This document shows, in pieces, positions 35,754 to 46,219 of a DNA stretch of 64,000 nt (position 1 is its first letter; the number at the start of each line of letters is the position of its first letter). Origin of the DNA: Gemmatimonadota bacterium (GTDB lineage Bacteria; Gemmatimonadota; Gemmatimonadetes; Palauibacterales; Palauibacteraceae); NCBI GenBank assembly GCA_039588275.1, contig JBDHAC010000002.1, positions 21,127 through 85,126 on the forward strand. Reading direction: 5' to 3'. The notes under the pieces were generated by a model, which worked only from the letters and a program-made list of their open reading frames with translations, searched no databases and had not been told where the DNA came from. The translations under genes were made by a program, and so were the position numbers.

Positions 35754-37697
35754 GTGCGAAGCGGAATCGACGCGGGGGCGGGGCGCGGAGGTGGAGTAAC
35801 CGGGTGGTCGGGGAGATTCCGGCGCGTCCTTCTATTGGCCGGGTTTTTTGCGCTGCTGACGGGCACCTGCGAGCTACTGTTCGTCACCCTGCACCGCTAC
35901 GTCCTCGGCCACATCACGTACGTCAGCCCCCACATCGTGTGGATGGCCCCCGCCGCGAATCTGGTCGTGTTCGCCCTGGCAGGTCTGCTTTTGCTGGGCT
36001 TCAGCGAGCGCTGGCCAGGGGTCGCCGGGGTGAGGGTCAGCGCGACTGTCTTCGGCATGCTGAGCGCGTTCTCCATCGCTTTGGCCCTGCCCTTCAAGCT
36101 GCACATTGCGGCGGCGCTCGTGCTGGCCGGCGGCGTCGGCGTGCAGGCGGGGCGCTGGTTGGGTGGCTCCGGTGCCATACCGCACTGGATCAGGCGGGCG
36201 ACGGCCATCCTCGCTCTCGGCCTCGCGGTGACGACGGCCGGCGTGGTGGGACGGCGGCCGTTCGTGGAGCGCGCCGCGCTCTCCGATCTGCCGGCAGCCC
36301 CGGAGGGAGCACCGAACGTCCTGCTCCTCATCCTCGACACGGTGCGTGCGAAGAGCCTGGGTCTGTACGGGTACGAGCGAGCCACGACCCCGCATCTCTC
36401 GGCATTCGCTCGGAACGGCCTCGTGTTCGAGCGCGCTGTCGCTACGGCTCCGTGGACACTTCCGTCTCACGCTTCCGTCTTCACCGGCCGCTTCCCGCAC
36501 CAGCTCTCCGCCGACTGGGAAGAGCCCCTGGACGATGCTCATGCTACGCTGGCCGAAGTGCTCGGATCGAGCGGGTATCAGACGGCGGGGTTCGTCGCGA
36601 ACCTCCTGTACGGCTCGTACGTGCACGGTCTGTCGCGCGGATTCGTCCACTACGAGGACTACCCCGTCTCCGTGGGTCAGACCGTGCTCAGCTCATCGCT
36701 CGGTCGCGCGCTCGCCGGCACCACGACATTTCACCGATTGTTGGGGTACGAGGATCTGCTCAATCGGAAGCCGGCGGGGGTGATCGTCGACGCATTCCTG
36801 GATTGGATCGACGGCCGGGAGGAGCGTCCCTACTTCGCCTTCCTCAACCTGTTCGACGCGCACGAGCCGTACTTGCCCCCGCCGCCGTTCGATACGCTGT
36901 TCGGACCGACCGGGCCCCGACCTCTGTCGCGCGAAGTCAGCCTGAAGAGGGACACTCGCGCGCGTCGTCCGGCGAAGTGGATCATGACCCCCGAGGAGTT
37001 CCAGATCGAGCTCAACGCGTACGACGGCGCGATCGCATATCTGGACTCGGAGCTGGGACGGTTGTTCGAAACGCTGGAGGCGAGAGGCGAGCTCGACAAC
37101 ACGCTCGTGGTCGTTACGTCCGACCATGGCGAGCAGCACGGCGAACACCGCCTTTTCGGACACCTGAACAGCCTGTACGCTCCGCTTCTTCACGTACCGC
37201 TGCTGATCGCGGGTCCGGGGGTCCCGGTGGGGCGACTCGAGGGCACCGTGAGTCTCCGCGACCTGCCGGCAACCATCCTGGACCTCGTGAGCGCCCCCGA
37301 CGAGCGTCGACTCCCCGGACACTCGCTCGCACCTTTGTGGGCCACCGACTCCGCTCCGCTGGAGTCCGATCCGCCGATCGCGGGGCTGACGGGCGCCACG
37401 CCCCCGGGACCCATCCTGTCCACCCTCTACCGTGGAGTCGTGCTCCGCCCGTGGTATCCCGTGCTGCGGGGTGACGAAATGCACTCGTTGTGGGATGGGG
37501 ACTACCACTACATCTGCAACGGCGACGGCTTCGAAGAGGTGTACGACACCTCGTTGGATCAGGAGGAGGAGGACAATCTCGCGGACGGTCAGAACGGTCC
37601 CTCGTTGGCACCTCGGCGCGACGAGCTCACGGCCGCGCTCGGTCGACCACACGCCTGCTCACCCCCGCGCACGAGTTCAGCTTTTTCAAAAAAGTGA
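35754..37697 (+). CDS. membrane-anchored sulfatase-like hydrolase/transferase (alkaline-phosphatase superfamily, LtaS/EptA-like)
   Basis: The N-terminal ~170 aa are hydrophobic. The catalytic domain has NVLLLILDTVRAKSLGLYGY, then APWTLPSHASVFTGRFP (Thr where true sulfatases have the Cys/Ser of CxPxR), and later VVVTSDHGEQHGEH. Confidence 0.8.
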   Translation: MRSGIDAGAGRGGGVTGWSGRFRRVLLLAGFFALLTGTCELLFVTLHRYVLGHITYVSPHIVWMAPAANLVVFALAGLLLLGFSERWPGVAGVRVSATVFGMLSAFSIALALPFKLHIAAALVLAGGVGVQAGRWLGGSGAIPHWIRRATAILALGLAVTTAGVVGRRPFVERAALSDLPAAPEGAPNVLLLILDTVRAKSLGLYGYERATTPHLSAFARNGLVFERAVATAPWTLPSHASVFTGRFPHQLSADWEEPLDDAHATLAEVLGSSGYQTAGFVANLLYGSYVHGLSRGFVHYEDYPVSVGQTVLSSSLGRALAGTTTFHRLLGYEDLLNRKPAGVIVDAFLDWIDGREERPYFAFLNLFDAHEPYLPPPPFDTLFGPTGPRPLSREVSLKRDTRARRPAKWIMTPEEFQIELNAYDGAIAYLDSELGRLFETLEARGELDNTLVVVTSDHGEQHGEHRLFGHLNSLYAPLLHVPLLIAGPGVPVGRLEGTVSLRDLPATILDLVSAPDERRLPGHSLAPLWATDSAPLESDPPIAGLTGATPPGPILSTLYRGVVLRPWYPVLRGDEMHSLWDGDYHYICNGDGFEEVYDTSLDQEEEDNLADGQNGPSLAPRRDELTAALGRPHACSPPRTSSAFSKK

Positions 37698-37922
37698 CGT
37701 ACCGTCGACGAACATAGCGGGGGGCGGATCATCGCTCGAATCCTGCGCCCGTGTTCGCGAATCGCTCGTGCTCCCCATGGGCTCTTCGAGGGGGCCACGA
37801 GCGTAATCCACACCAGAGCCGAGTTATCTACAAACCTTGAACAATTGCGTAACTGACGACCATGTGGACACTTACATTGTGGATAGGGCCCGGCCGCCCT
37901 GGGGGCGAACGGACGTCTACGG

Positions 37923-37952
37923 TTGCACGGTCGAATCGTCTCTTCGTATACT
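37923..37952 (+). promoter_or_regulatory. candidate sigma-70-type promoter (TTGCAC-18 nt-TATACT)
   Basis: TTGCAC at 37923-37928 and TATACT at 37947-37952 lie in a locally low-GC stretch about 100 nt upstream of the ATG at 38052. This is a sequence-only prediction. Confidence 0.3.
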
Positions 37953-38051
37953 TCCGGCGACAACTGGAAGCGGGAATGCGGGCCACGCTACCCACCCGTC
38001 CGTCGTCATGACCATCGACAATTGAACCTTTTTTTGGAGCGCCAGTCGCTG

Positions 38052-38234
38052 ATGATGTCGCTGTCGGATACCCGCCCGGTGGAGTTGGTCGTGGATCTGC
38101 CCGAAGAGCTCGCGGACGACGTCGAGGAAGTCCGCAAGAACGATCCGGAGTTCCTCGGACGCGCCATCCAGTATGCGTTGGCGCGCCGCATCGTGTTCCA
38201 GGAACTGAGCGCCCAACCACTCGAACCCCGCTGA
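38052..38234 (+). CDS. small hypothetical protein (60 aa), ribbon-helix-helix-like pattern
   Basis: MMSLSDTRPVELVVDLPEELADDVEEVRKNDPEFLGRAIQYALARRIVFQEL. A short beta-strand-like VELVVDLP is followed by two helical stretches. GGAG lies 12 nt upstream, after a T7 run. Confidence 0.45.
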   Translation: MMSLSDTRPVELVVDLPEELADDVEEVRKNDPEFLGRAIQYALARRIVFQELSAQPLEPR

Positions 38235-38414
38235 TTCTCACAGCTGGACTCCCTCTCCCCGCCCGACCCGGGTGGGACCGTATGACCGTCGCTCGACCGT
38301 AACAACGCCGTCACCCGGTTGACGCTCCCCACCGGGATCACTAAATCGCTCGCTGGGGCGGTTTGGCTCTTCGCCAACCCGCAAGCTGCGTATCTCGTAA
38401 TCCAGTGACGCATT

Positions 38415-38792
38415 TTGTCCACCGACAACGGTCGCCCACTCGCCCCCGAACTCGCAGTGGAGGACCTGGACGCCGATCCGGTTCTCAAGGCGAAGTACAT
38501 CGAGTTCTGTTCGGCGCAGCTTACGGAAGTCTTCCTCTCGCTCTCCGACGAGCGGATCTACGACCTCGTCGAAGAGGCTGCCAAGGACGAGGCTCTGGAG
38601 CCCGGGTCGCTCGGGTTCCGAGCCATGGTCCAGCTGGTGACGAGGCGGTTGCGGAACAGCGTGCCGTTGCCGGATTTCGGGACCTGGAGACAAGACTACG
38701 AGGCGGACCCCGAGCGCTACGATCGCTACTTGCTCGGGCTGTGGCGCGAGCTGGCGGCCCGCGAGCAGGTGCCGGCGGCCGAGGACGAGTGA
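38415..38792 (+). CDS. hypothetical acidic protein (125 aa)
   Basis: The composition looks coding (KAKYIEFCSAQLTEVFLSLSDERIYDLVEEAAKDEALEPGSLGFRAMVQLVTRRLRNSVPLPDFGTWRQDYEADPERYDRYLLGLW). In-frame TGA at 38406, so the only possible starts are TTG at 38415 or a GTG about 40 nt downstream. I do not recognise a family. Confidence 0.5.
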   Translation: MSTDNGRPLAPELAVEDLDADPVLKAKYIEFCSAQLTEVFLSLSDERIYDLVEEAAKDEALEPGSLGFRAMVQLVTRRLRNSVPLPDFGTWRQDYEADPERYDRYLLGLWRELAAREQVPAAEDE

Positions 38793-39124
38793 TGACAGGT
38801 GAGGATGGGGGTGGTCCGATGAGCGGGTCCGGCAACGGCGCCGGGGAGGACGCATCGCGCCGACAGCTCCACATATGGGATGAAGAGGAGCGCGACACCT
38901 CCATCGGTACGCTCGAGGACGATGGCGATTACTGGCAGATGCACGTCATCGTCGAGCCCGTCTCCGGCGACCTCGTACGCGGCCGGCTTTCGTTCCGGAG
39001 CGGCTCGGAACGATACGACACGGCGCCCGTCCTTCTCGAGGAGACCGCGGCCCGCGTCGTTCAAAGGGCCGCCGAGCTGCCGCAGGCGATGCTCCGCCAG
39101 CTCTTCCTCTCGGCGCGAGGATAA
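38792..39124 (+). CDS. hypothetical protein (110 aa)
   Basis: ATG at 38792 overlaps the previous stop (TGATG). The sequence is GDYWQMHVIVEPVSGDLVRGRLSFRSGSERYDTAPVLLEETAARVVQRAAELPQAMLRQLFLSARG. The upstream part of the 253-aa track ORF is R/G-rich off-frame noise. Confidence 0.5.
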   Translation: MTGEDGGGPMSGSGNGAGEDASRRQLHIWDEEERDTSIGTLEDDGDYWQMHVIVEPVSGDLVRGRLSFRSGSERYDTAPVLLEETAARVVQRAAELPQAMLRQLFLSARG

Positions 39125-39143
39125 TCCCGCTCGAGGCACCACC

Positions 39144-39968
39144 TCAGCCCGATTCAGTGAAGCGCCCTGCGCGCTCCGGAGGCGCGCGCAGGACTTCTGC
39201 CGCAAGCGTGCGCAGCATGACCCACCCTGCCGTTAACGACCCGCGCACGGACCCCGAGACCTTGGAACGGCCGAGCGATCTGCGCTCGAACGTCACCGGA
39301 ATCCCGACGGTGCGCAGGTGAGCCCGGACCGCCCGGACCTGCATCTGCACGTACCAGCCGAAGTCCGGGTCGTCCAGACGGAGCCTCTCGAGATCGACCC
39401 ATCGGATCGCGCGGAACGGCCCCATGTCGCGTGGCGCCGCACCGTACAACCCGCGCATGAAGGTGAGAATCAGCCGGTTGCCCAGCCGCGCGTGCCAGCG
39501 CACTCCACCGCCCGCGGACGACTGCCGTTCGCCGACGACCAGGTCGGCTTCTCCGGCGCGCAGCGGAGCGAGGAGACGCTCCACCTGAGCCGGAGCTTGA
39601 AAGTCGTCCGCGTCGAGAAACACCAGGACGTCGGGCGGCTCGGATCGCAGGGCGTGGATCCCGCTCTGGCAGGCGCGTCCGTACCCGGGACGTGGCTCGG
39701 AGACGACGCTGGCCCCCGCGCGTTGGGCGATCGCTGGCGTGTCGTCGGTGGACCCGTTGTCGACCACCACGACCCGAGCCAGGTCGCTCCCCGAAGTCAC
39801 GCGCACCCGCTCGAGCAGAGCGGGGAGCGTCTCGGCCTCATCCAGCGCGGGGATCAGGAACGCGTACCGCAAGCGAGCTCCGGAGTCGGGGGCGCGACGC
39901 GGGCCGGAGGCCAGATCGGGAGCCGGTCTTGATGCGGTCTCCGGGACGACAGCCCCCCGGCGAGGCAC
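39144..39968 (-). CDS. family 2 glycosyltransferase (polyprenol-phosphate sugar synthase-like)
   Basis: YAFLIPALDEAETLPALLERV...VVVVDNGSTDDTPAIAQRAGASVV...VLVFLDADD (DxD) are present. At 274 aa the protein looks soluble or peripheral. Confidence 0.8.
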   Translation of the reverse strand: MPRRGAVVPETASRPAPDLASGPRRAPDSGARLRYAFLIPALDEAETLPALLERVRVTSGSDLARVVVVDNGSTDDTPAIAQRAGASVVSEPRPGYGRACQSGIHALRSEPPDVLVFLDADDFQAPAQVERLLAPLRAGEADLVVGERQSSAGGGVRWHARLGNRLILTFMRGLYGAAPRDMGPFRAIRWVDLERLRLDDPDFGWYVQMQVRAVRAHLRTVGIPVTFERRSLGRSKVSGSVRGSLTAGWVMLRTLAAEVLRAPPERAGRFTESG

Positions 39969-41374
39969 TCGCCCGGCGCACCCCGATTCTCCTGTTCACC
40001 GCTCAGGCGGCCGCCCTGCTGGCGATGGGGTGGTGGCCGGGAGGCCGCGCCACTCCCTGGCCGGCACTCTGGCTGTGGGGGATCGCCTTCGCCGCGTACC
40101 TGGGCTCGTGGCGGTCCGCCGATGCGGTGCCTCGCCGCGCGATCTGGGCGGGTGGCGTCCTTCTCCGCACCGGGCTGCTTCCCCTCACGCCGTTTCTCTC
40201 GGACGACATCTACCGCTACGTGTGGGATGGTTGGATAGCGCGAAACGGGATCAACCCTTTCCTGTATGCGCCGGCCGATCCGCAGCTCGAAACGATCCGC
40301 ACGGCCTGGTGGCCACTGATCAACCACCCCGAGATCCCCACGATCTATCCCCCGGGCGCCCAGATCGTGTTCGCCGTCCTCGCGCTGGTCGCGGCGGGCT
40401 GGCCGCTGTTCAAGCTCGCCTGGCTCGCGGCCGATCTGGGCGTGGCGTGGGTGATCGACCGCATGGTCCGGCGGCGATTCGGGTCGGCGCGGAACGGCCC
40501 GCTGCTCCTTTACCTCTGGTCGCCGCTCCTCATCGTCGAGGTGGGGTGGAGCGGACACATGGAGTCGCTGGGGATTCTTCCCATGATGGCAGCGGTCGCG
40601 CTCCTGTGGGGTGGGCCCCGAGGGGCGGGCGCCGACCCACGCGGCGCGGGCGCAGACGGGCCCGTCGAGCCTGGCAAAGCACGTCTGGCCCTGGCGGGCG
40701 GAGCGCTCCTGGGTCTCGGGGCCGCGGTGAAGTTCGCGCCCCTCGCGGCATGCCCCGCTCTGTGGCGGAGGCACGGATCCCGGTCCGCCGCGCTCGCGTT
40801 TCTCGTGCCCGCGCTCCTCTACCTGCCCTACGCGGCGGCCGGGCCGCGGCTCTTCGAAGCGCTCGGCACGTACGCGGAGCGCTGGGAGTTCAACCCCGGG
40901 TTGTTTCAAGTGCTCGTTCGCTCGGTCGGCGCCGGAACGACGCCGCGTTGGCTCGTCGCGGGAGCTGTCGTTGGGCTCGCCCTGTGGGCGGCGTGGAAGC
41001 GCTGGCCGGTCGATCGAACGCTGTTCTGGACGATCGGCGCGGCCCTCCTGCTCTCACCCACGCTGCACCCGTGGTACGTCCTGTGGATCCTGCCGTTCGC
41101 GTGTCTGTTCGAGAGCGGTCCCTGGGTCCTGCTCACCGGCACGGTGTTCCTGGGGTATGCCGGGCGCGATGCGTTCCACGCCACCGGCGTGTGGCCGCAG
41201 CCGACGTGGCTCGCGCTCCTCGTGCACACGCCGGTGGTTGTCTGGCTAGTGGCCCAGGCCGCGTCTGGCCACCTCGCGCGTGGCGGCCAGGTACCCGGCG
41301 GCGAACAGACCCGTGAACGGGACGGCGGAGAACAAGCCCGAAGCAGCCAGGCTCGCCATCGAACCGAGGAGTGA
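39932..41374 (+). CDS. polytopic membrane glycosyltransferase, DUF2029 / GT87 (PimE-like mannosyltransferase) type
   Basis: LSDDIYRYVWDGWIARNGINPFLYAPADPQL...WPLINHPEIPTIYPPGAQIVF is the hallmark N-terminal loop, followed by many TM segments. The start is uncertain because 39932 overlaps the divergent GT2 start by 37 nt. The last ~40 aa are low complexity and overlap the convergent GT2 gene. Confidence 0.7.
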   Translation: MRSPGRQPPGEALARRTPILLFTAQAAALLAMGWWPGGRATPWPALWLWGIAFAAYLGSWRSADAVPRRAIWAGGVLLRTGLLPLTPFLSDDIYRYVWDGWIARNGINPFLYAPADPQLETIRTAWWPLINHPEIPTIYPPGAQIVFAVLALVAAGWPLFKLAWLAADLGVAWVIDRMVRRRFGSARNGPLLLYLWSPLLIVEVGWSGHMESLGILPMMAAVALLWGGPRGAGADPRGAGADGPVEPGKARLALAGGALLGLGAAVKFAPLAACPALWRRHGSRSAALAFLVPALLYLPYAAAGPRLFEALGTYAERWEFNPGLFQVLVRSVGAGTTPRWLVAGAVVGLALWAAWKRWPVDRTLFWTIGAALLLSPTLHPWYVLWILPFACLFESGPWVLLTGTVFLGYAGRDAFHATGVWPQPTWLALLVHTPVVVWLVAQAASGHLARGGQVPGGEQTRERDGGEQARSSQARHRTEE

Positions 41375-42697
41375 CACCCCCAGAGCCGCTCGCACCCCCG
41401 CGGCGATCCCGTTCACACGGGCCCGATAGGCTCGAAGTGAAGCGCCCCCGCGCTTCGGCGTCCGGCGAAACGGAGTGCCCACCCGCAGGGCACCGCGGAA
41501 GACGGCTCCCGTGAGCGGTATTCCGAGCCCGAGACCCAGCAGGAGCGCTTCGAGCAGGCGTCGCGGAATCGAGCGCGCCGCGTAACGGCGAACGCCGGCC
41601 GCGGCGCCATAGAAGACCAGAAACGGCACCGTCGCGAACCCCAACGCCGCCCCGTGGACCCAGGCGGGGATTCCCTCGTGCGCCAATCCGAGGTATCCGA
41701 GTGCGCACAAGCACAATCCCAGCATCAGGGTAAGCGGGTGCACCGCATGACCCAGCAGGTGCGCGGTCGCCTCTAGCTTCACCGCGGGTCGCAGCGGGCT
41801 GCTCCATACGGCCGAGAGCAGCTTGTACGCCGTCTGAATCCCGCCCTGGGTCCACCTCTCCTGCTGCAGCTCGATGTCCTCCAGCTCCCGGGGGAGCTCG
41901 GCCGGGACCCGCACATCGTCCCGGTATACGAGGCGCCAGCCGCCGAGCTGTGCGCGGTAGCTCAGGTCCACGTCCTCGGTCAGCGTATCACTCTTCCAGC
42001 CGCCGCTCGCTTCGATGCACGCCCTCCGCCACATGCCGGCGGACCCGTTGAAGTTGAAGAACAGCCCGGCCCGGTAGCGAGCTGCGTGCTCGATCGCGAA
42101 GTGCGCATCCAGGAACAGGGCCTGCGCCCGCGTCAACCAGCTCTCCTCGGCGTTCAGATGGCTCCACGCTGCCTGGACCGCCCCCACATCCGGAGCGTCG
42201 AACGAGTCCAGCAGCGAGCGAATCAGGTTCGTAGGCGGGATGAAGTCCGCGTCCAGCACGAGCAGGAAATCACCGCGCGCGATCCGCGTTCCGTGCGCGA
42301 GGGCTCCCGCCTTGAACCCGGCTCGTGTCCCTCGCCGAACGTGTCGGGTGGCGATGCCCCGCCGGCGCCAGGCCGCGGTTGCTCGCTGGGCGATCCCGAC
42401 GGTCGCGTCGTCGGAGTCGTCCAACACCTGGACCTCGAGCAACTCGGCCGGATAGTCCTGGCGGCACGCGGCGTCGATCAACCGCTGCGCCACGTTTGCT
42501 TCATTGTAGATGGGAAGCTGGATCGTGACCGGTGGGAGGGATCCGACCCAACCCCGCGGCCCTCGAGGCTCGGGAGTCGTGAAGCGAAGCCACAGAAGCC
42601 GCAGGCGGTGGAGCCCGAACGGGACCAAAAGGCAGAGGATGAGCAAGTACAGGGCGCCGGCCCCGAACTGTGCACTCGCTTCGGAACCCGGCATCAC
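41246..42697 (-). CDS. processive family 2 glycosyltransferase (cellulose-synthase-like / CslA-type)
   Basis: VTIQLPIYNEANVAQRLIDAACRQDYP...VQVLDDSDD...LVLDADFIPP...TEDVDLSYRAQLGGWR...QQERWTQG carries the D,D,D,Q(Q/R)xRW signature. TM segments flank both ends. Confidence 0.85.
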   Translation of the reverse strand: MMPGSEASAQFGAGALYLLILCLLVPFGLHRLRLLWLRFTTPEPRGPRGWVGSLPPVTIQLPIYNEANVAQRLIDAACRQDYPAELLEVQVLDDSDDATVGIAQRATAAWRRRGIATRHVRRGTRAGFKAGALAHGTRIARGDFLLVLDADFIPPTNLIRSLLDSFDAPDVGAVQAAWSHLNAEESWLTRAQALFLDAHFAIEHAARYRAGLFFNFNGSAGMWRRACIEASGGWKSDTLTEDVDLSYRAQLGGWRLVYRDDVRVPAELPRELEDIELQQERWTQGGIQTAYKLLSAVWSSPLRPAVKLEATAHLLGHAVHPLTLMLGLCLCALGYLGLAHEGIPAWVHGAALGFATVPFLVFYGAAAGVRRYAARSIPRRLLEALLLGLGLGIPLTGAVFRGALRVGTPFRRTPKRGGASLRAYRARVNGIAAGVRAALGVSLLGSMASLAASGLFSAVPFTGLFAAGYLAATREVARRGLGH

Positions 42698-42715
42698 GCT
42701 TGCTTCATCACGAGA

Positions 42716-44725
<2,010 letters not shown>

Positions 44726-44731
44726 CGAATG

Positions 44732-46018
44732 CTACGGGTGTAGCTGTGCGGGAGCAAACCCGAGCCGGTCGAGGGCGATGCGCCCGTCGCTCATGACGAA
44801 CAGCACATCCTGGTAGGCGCCGATATCCTCGAGGGGGTTGCGATCCAGCACGAGGAGATCCGCCTCGTATCCGGTCGCCACGCGGCCAAGGCGATCGTCG
44901 GCGCCGAGCAGCTCCGCGGCGACGGTGGTGGCCGCCTGGATCGCGGCGAGGGGCCCGAGCCCCACGCCCACGAGCTCGATGAGCTCGTGGCTGAGACGCA
45001 GCACGCTCTCGGACCCGTACCCCGTGTCCGTGGCGGCCGCGATCTTGACCCCGAGCCGGTGGGCGGTCGTGGCAGTCTCGCGCACTCGGGGCAACATGTG
45101 GCGGCCGCGGATCAGGAGCGCGGCGTTGTCGTAGTCGCCCCCCGGCAGCGTCAGGTCGGACACGACCGCGATCGTGGGGACCAGGAACGTGCCGCGCTCC
45201 AGCATGAGCTCCAGCGTCTGCTCGCTCAGGTAGGTGCCGTGCTCGATGCTGCGGACGCCCGCCAGCACGGCCGCCCGGCCTCCGCCGTCTCCATGCGCGT
45301 GCGCGGCCACGGGCACGCCGGCGTTCTCCGCCTCCTCGACGAGGGCGCGCAGCTCTCCTTCATTGAAGAAGGCGACACGCGGGTCGGTCTCGGGCAGCCC
45401 GGCTCGCTCCGTGGCGTTGACCTTGATGAAGTCGACGCCGTGCTCGAGCATCACGCGAGCCACCCGGCGCAGCGGCGCCGCCCCGCGCACATCGACACCC
45501 ATCAGGTCGGCAAGCTGCGGCGCATCGAGAAACAGCCCATCCGCAGGCCGCGGACGCACGTGATACCCGGCGGCCAGGATCTCCGGCCCCAGCATCGCTC
45601 CCGCGCGGGCCAGCTCGCGCAGTCCGACATCGGCGAAAAAGCCCGCACCCATCGAGCGGGCGGTTGTCACGCCCGAGTGCAGGGCGCGGCGCGCAGCGGC
45701 CAGGCTCGAGATGTGGACGTGGGTATCGATGAGTCCCGGGGACAGGTAACGGCCGCCGAGGTCGATCACGACAGCGTCCTGCGGGATGTCGCCGCCGGGC
45801 TGCACGCTCTCGATCCGCCCGTCGCGCACGACCACGGTCACATCGCTCATCGGCGCATCAGCGAGCGGGTCGATCACGTTCGCGTGCACGAAGACGACTG
45901 GGGCCGCCTCCTGCGGCTGGGCGACGATCCAGCCTGGCGCGGCCCCCGTCAGCGCTCCGGCCAGGACCAACCCGAGGATGCACTTGGACACCGACCGACG
46001 TGGCGAGAACGACCTCAT
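44732..46018 (-). CDS. secreted amidohydrolase-family metallohydrolase
   Basis: ATG at 46018 is preceded by GGAGG. Signal peptide ILGLVLAGALTGAAPGWIVAQ. Metal-binding contexts are LSPGLIDTHVHIS, PVAAHAHGD and IAAATDTG. The 536-aa track ORF is over-extended. Confidence 0.8.
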   Translation of the reverse strand: MRSFSPRRSVSKCILGLVLAGALTGAAPGWIVAQPQEAAPVVFVHANVIDPLADAPMSDVTVVVRDGRIESVQPGGDIPQDAVVIDLGGRYLSPGLIDTHVHISSLAAARRALHSGVTTARSMGAGFFADVGLRELARAGAMLGPEILAAGYHVRPRPADGLFLDAPQLADLMGVDVRGAAPLRRVARVMLEHGVDFIKVNATERAGLPETDPRVAFFNEGELRALVEEAENAGVPVAAHAHGDGGGRAAVLAGVRSIEHGTYLSEQTLELMLERGTFLVPTIAVVSDLTLPGGDYDNAALLIRGRHMLPRVRETATTAHRLGVKIAAATDTGYGSESVLRLSHELIELVGVGLGPLAAIQAATTVAAELLGADDRLGRVATGYEADLLVLDRNPLEDIGAYQDVLFVMSDGRIALDRLGFAPAQLHP

Positions 46019-46219
46019 CCGTACCTCCAGGAATCGAGACGGGCAACTTGCGGCGCAGCATATCGTGCCGATGTGGAAGGGTCGACGCCACCCTCGGCAC
46101 GGAGCGGGCTCAGGATGGCTGGGCTCCTCGGCCGCGTACACGTATCTTGTGGGTCCCCTGCAACGGCTGGTCGCATCCACCTGCCAGGGTCGCAAGCGTG
46201 TTCCCCCGGAGGAGTTCCC

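Noticed and set aside
44987-46219. N-terminal 411 codons of the 717-aa plus-strand ORF that ends as the CHAD protein
   Set aside because: This part is antisense to the well-supported amidohydrolase gene and has off-frame composition. A GGAGG plus ATG at 46220 starts exactly where the CHAD-like sequence begins.
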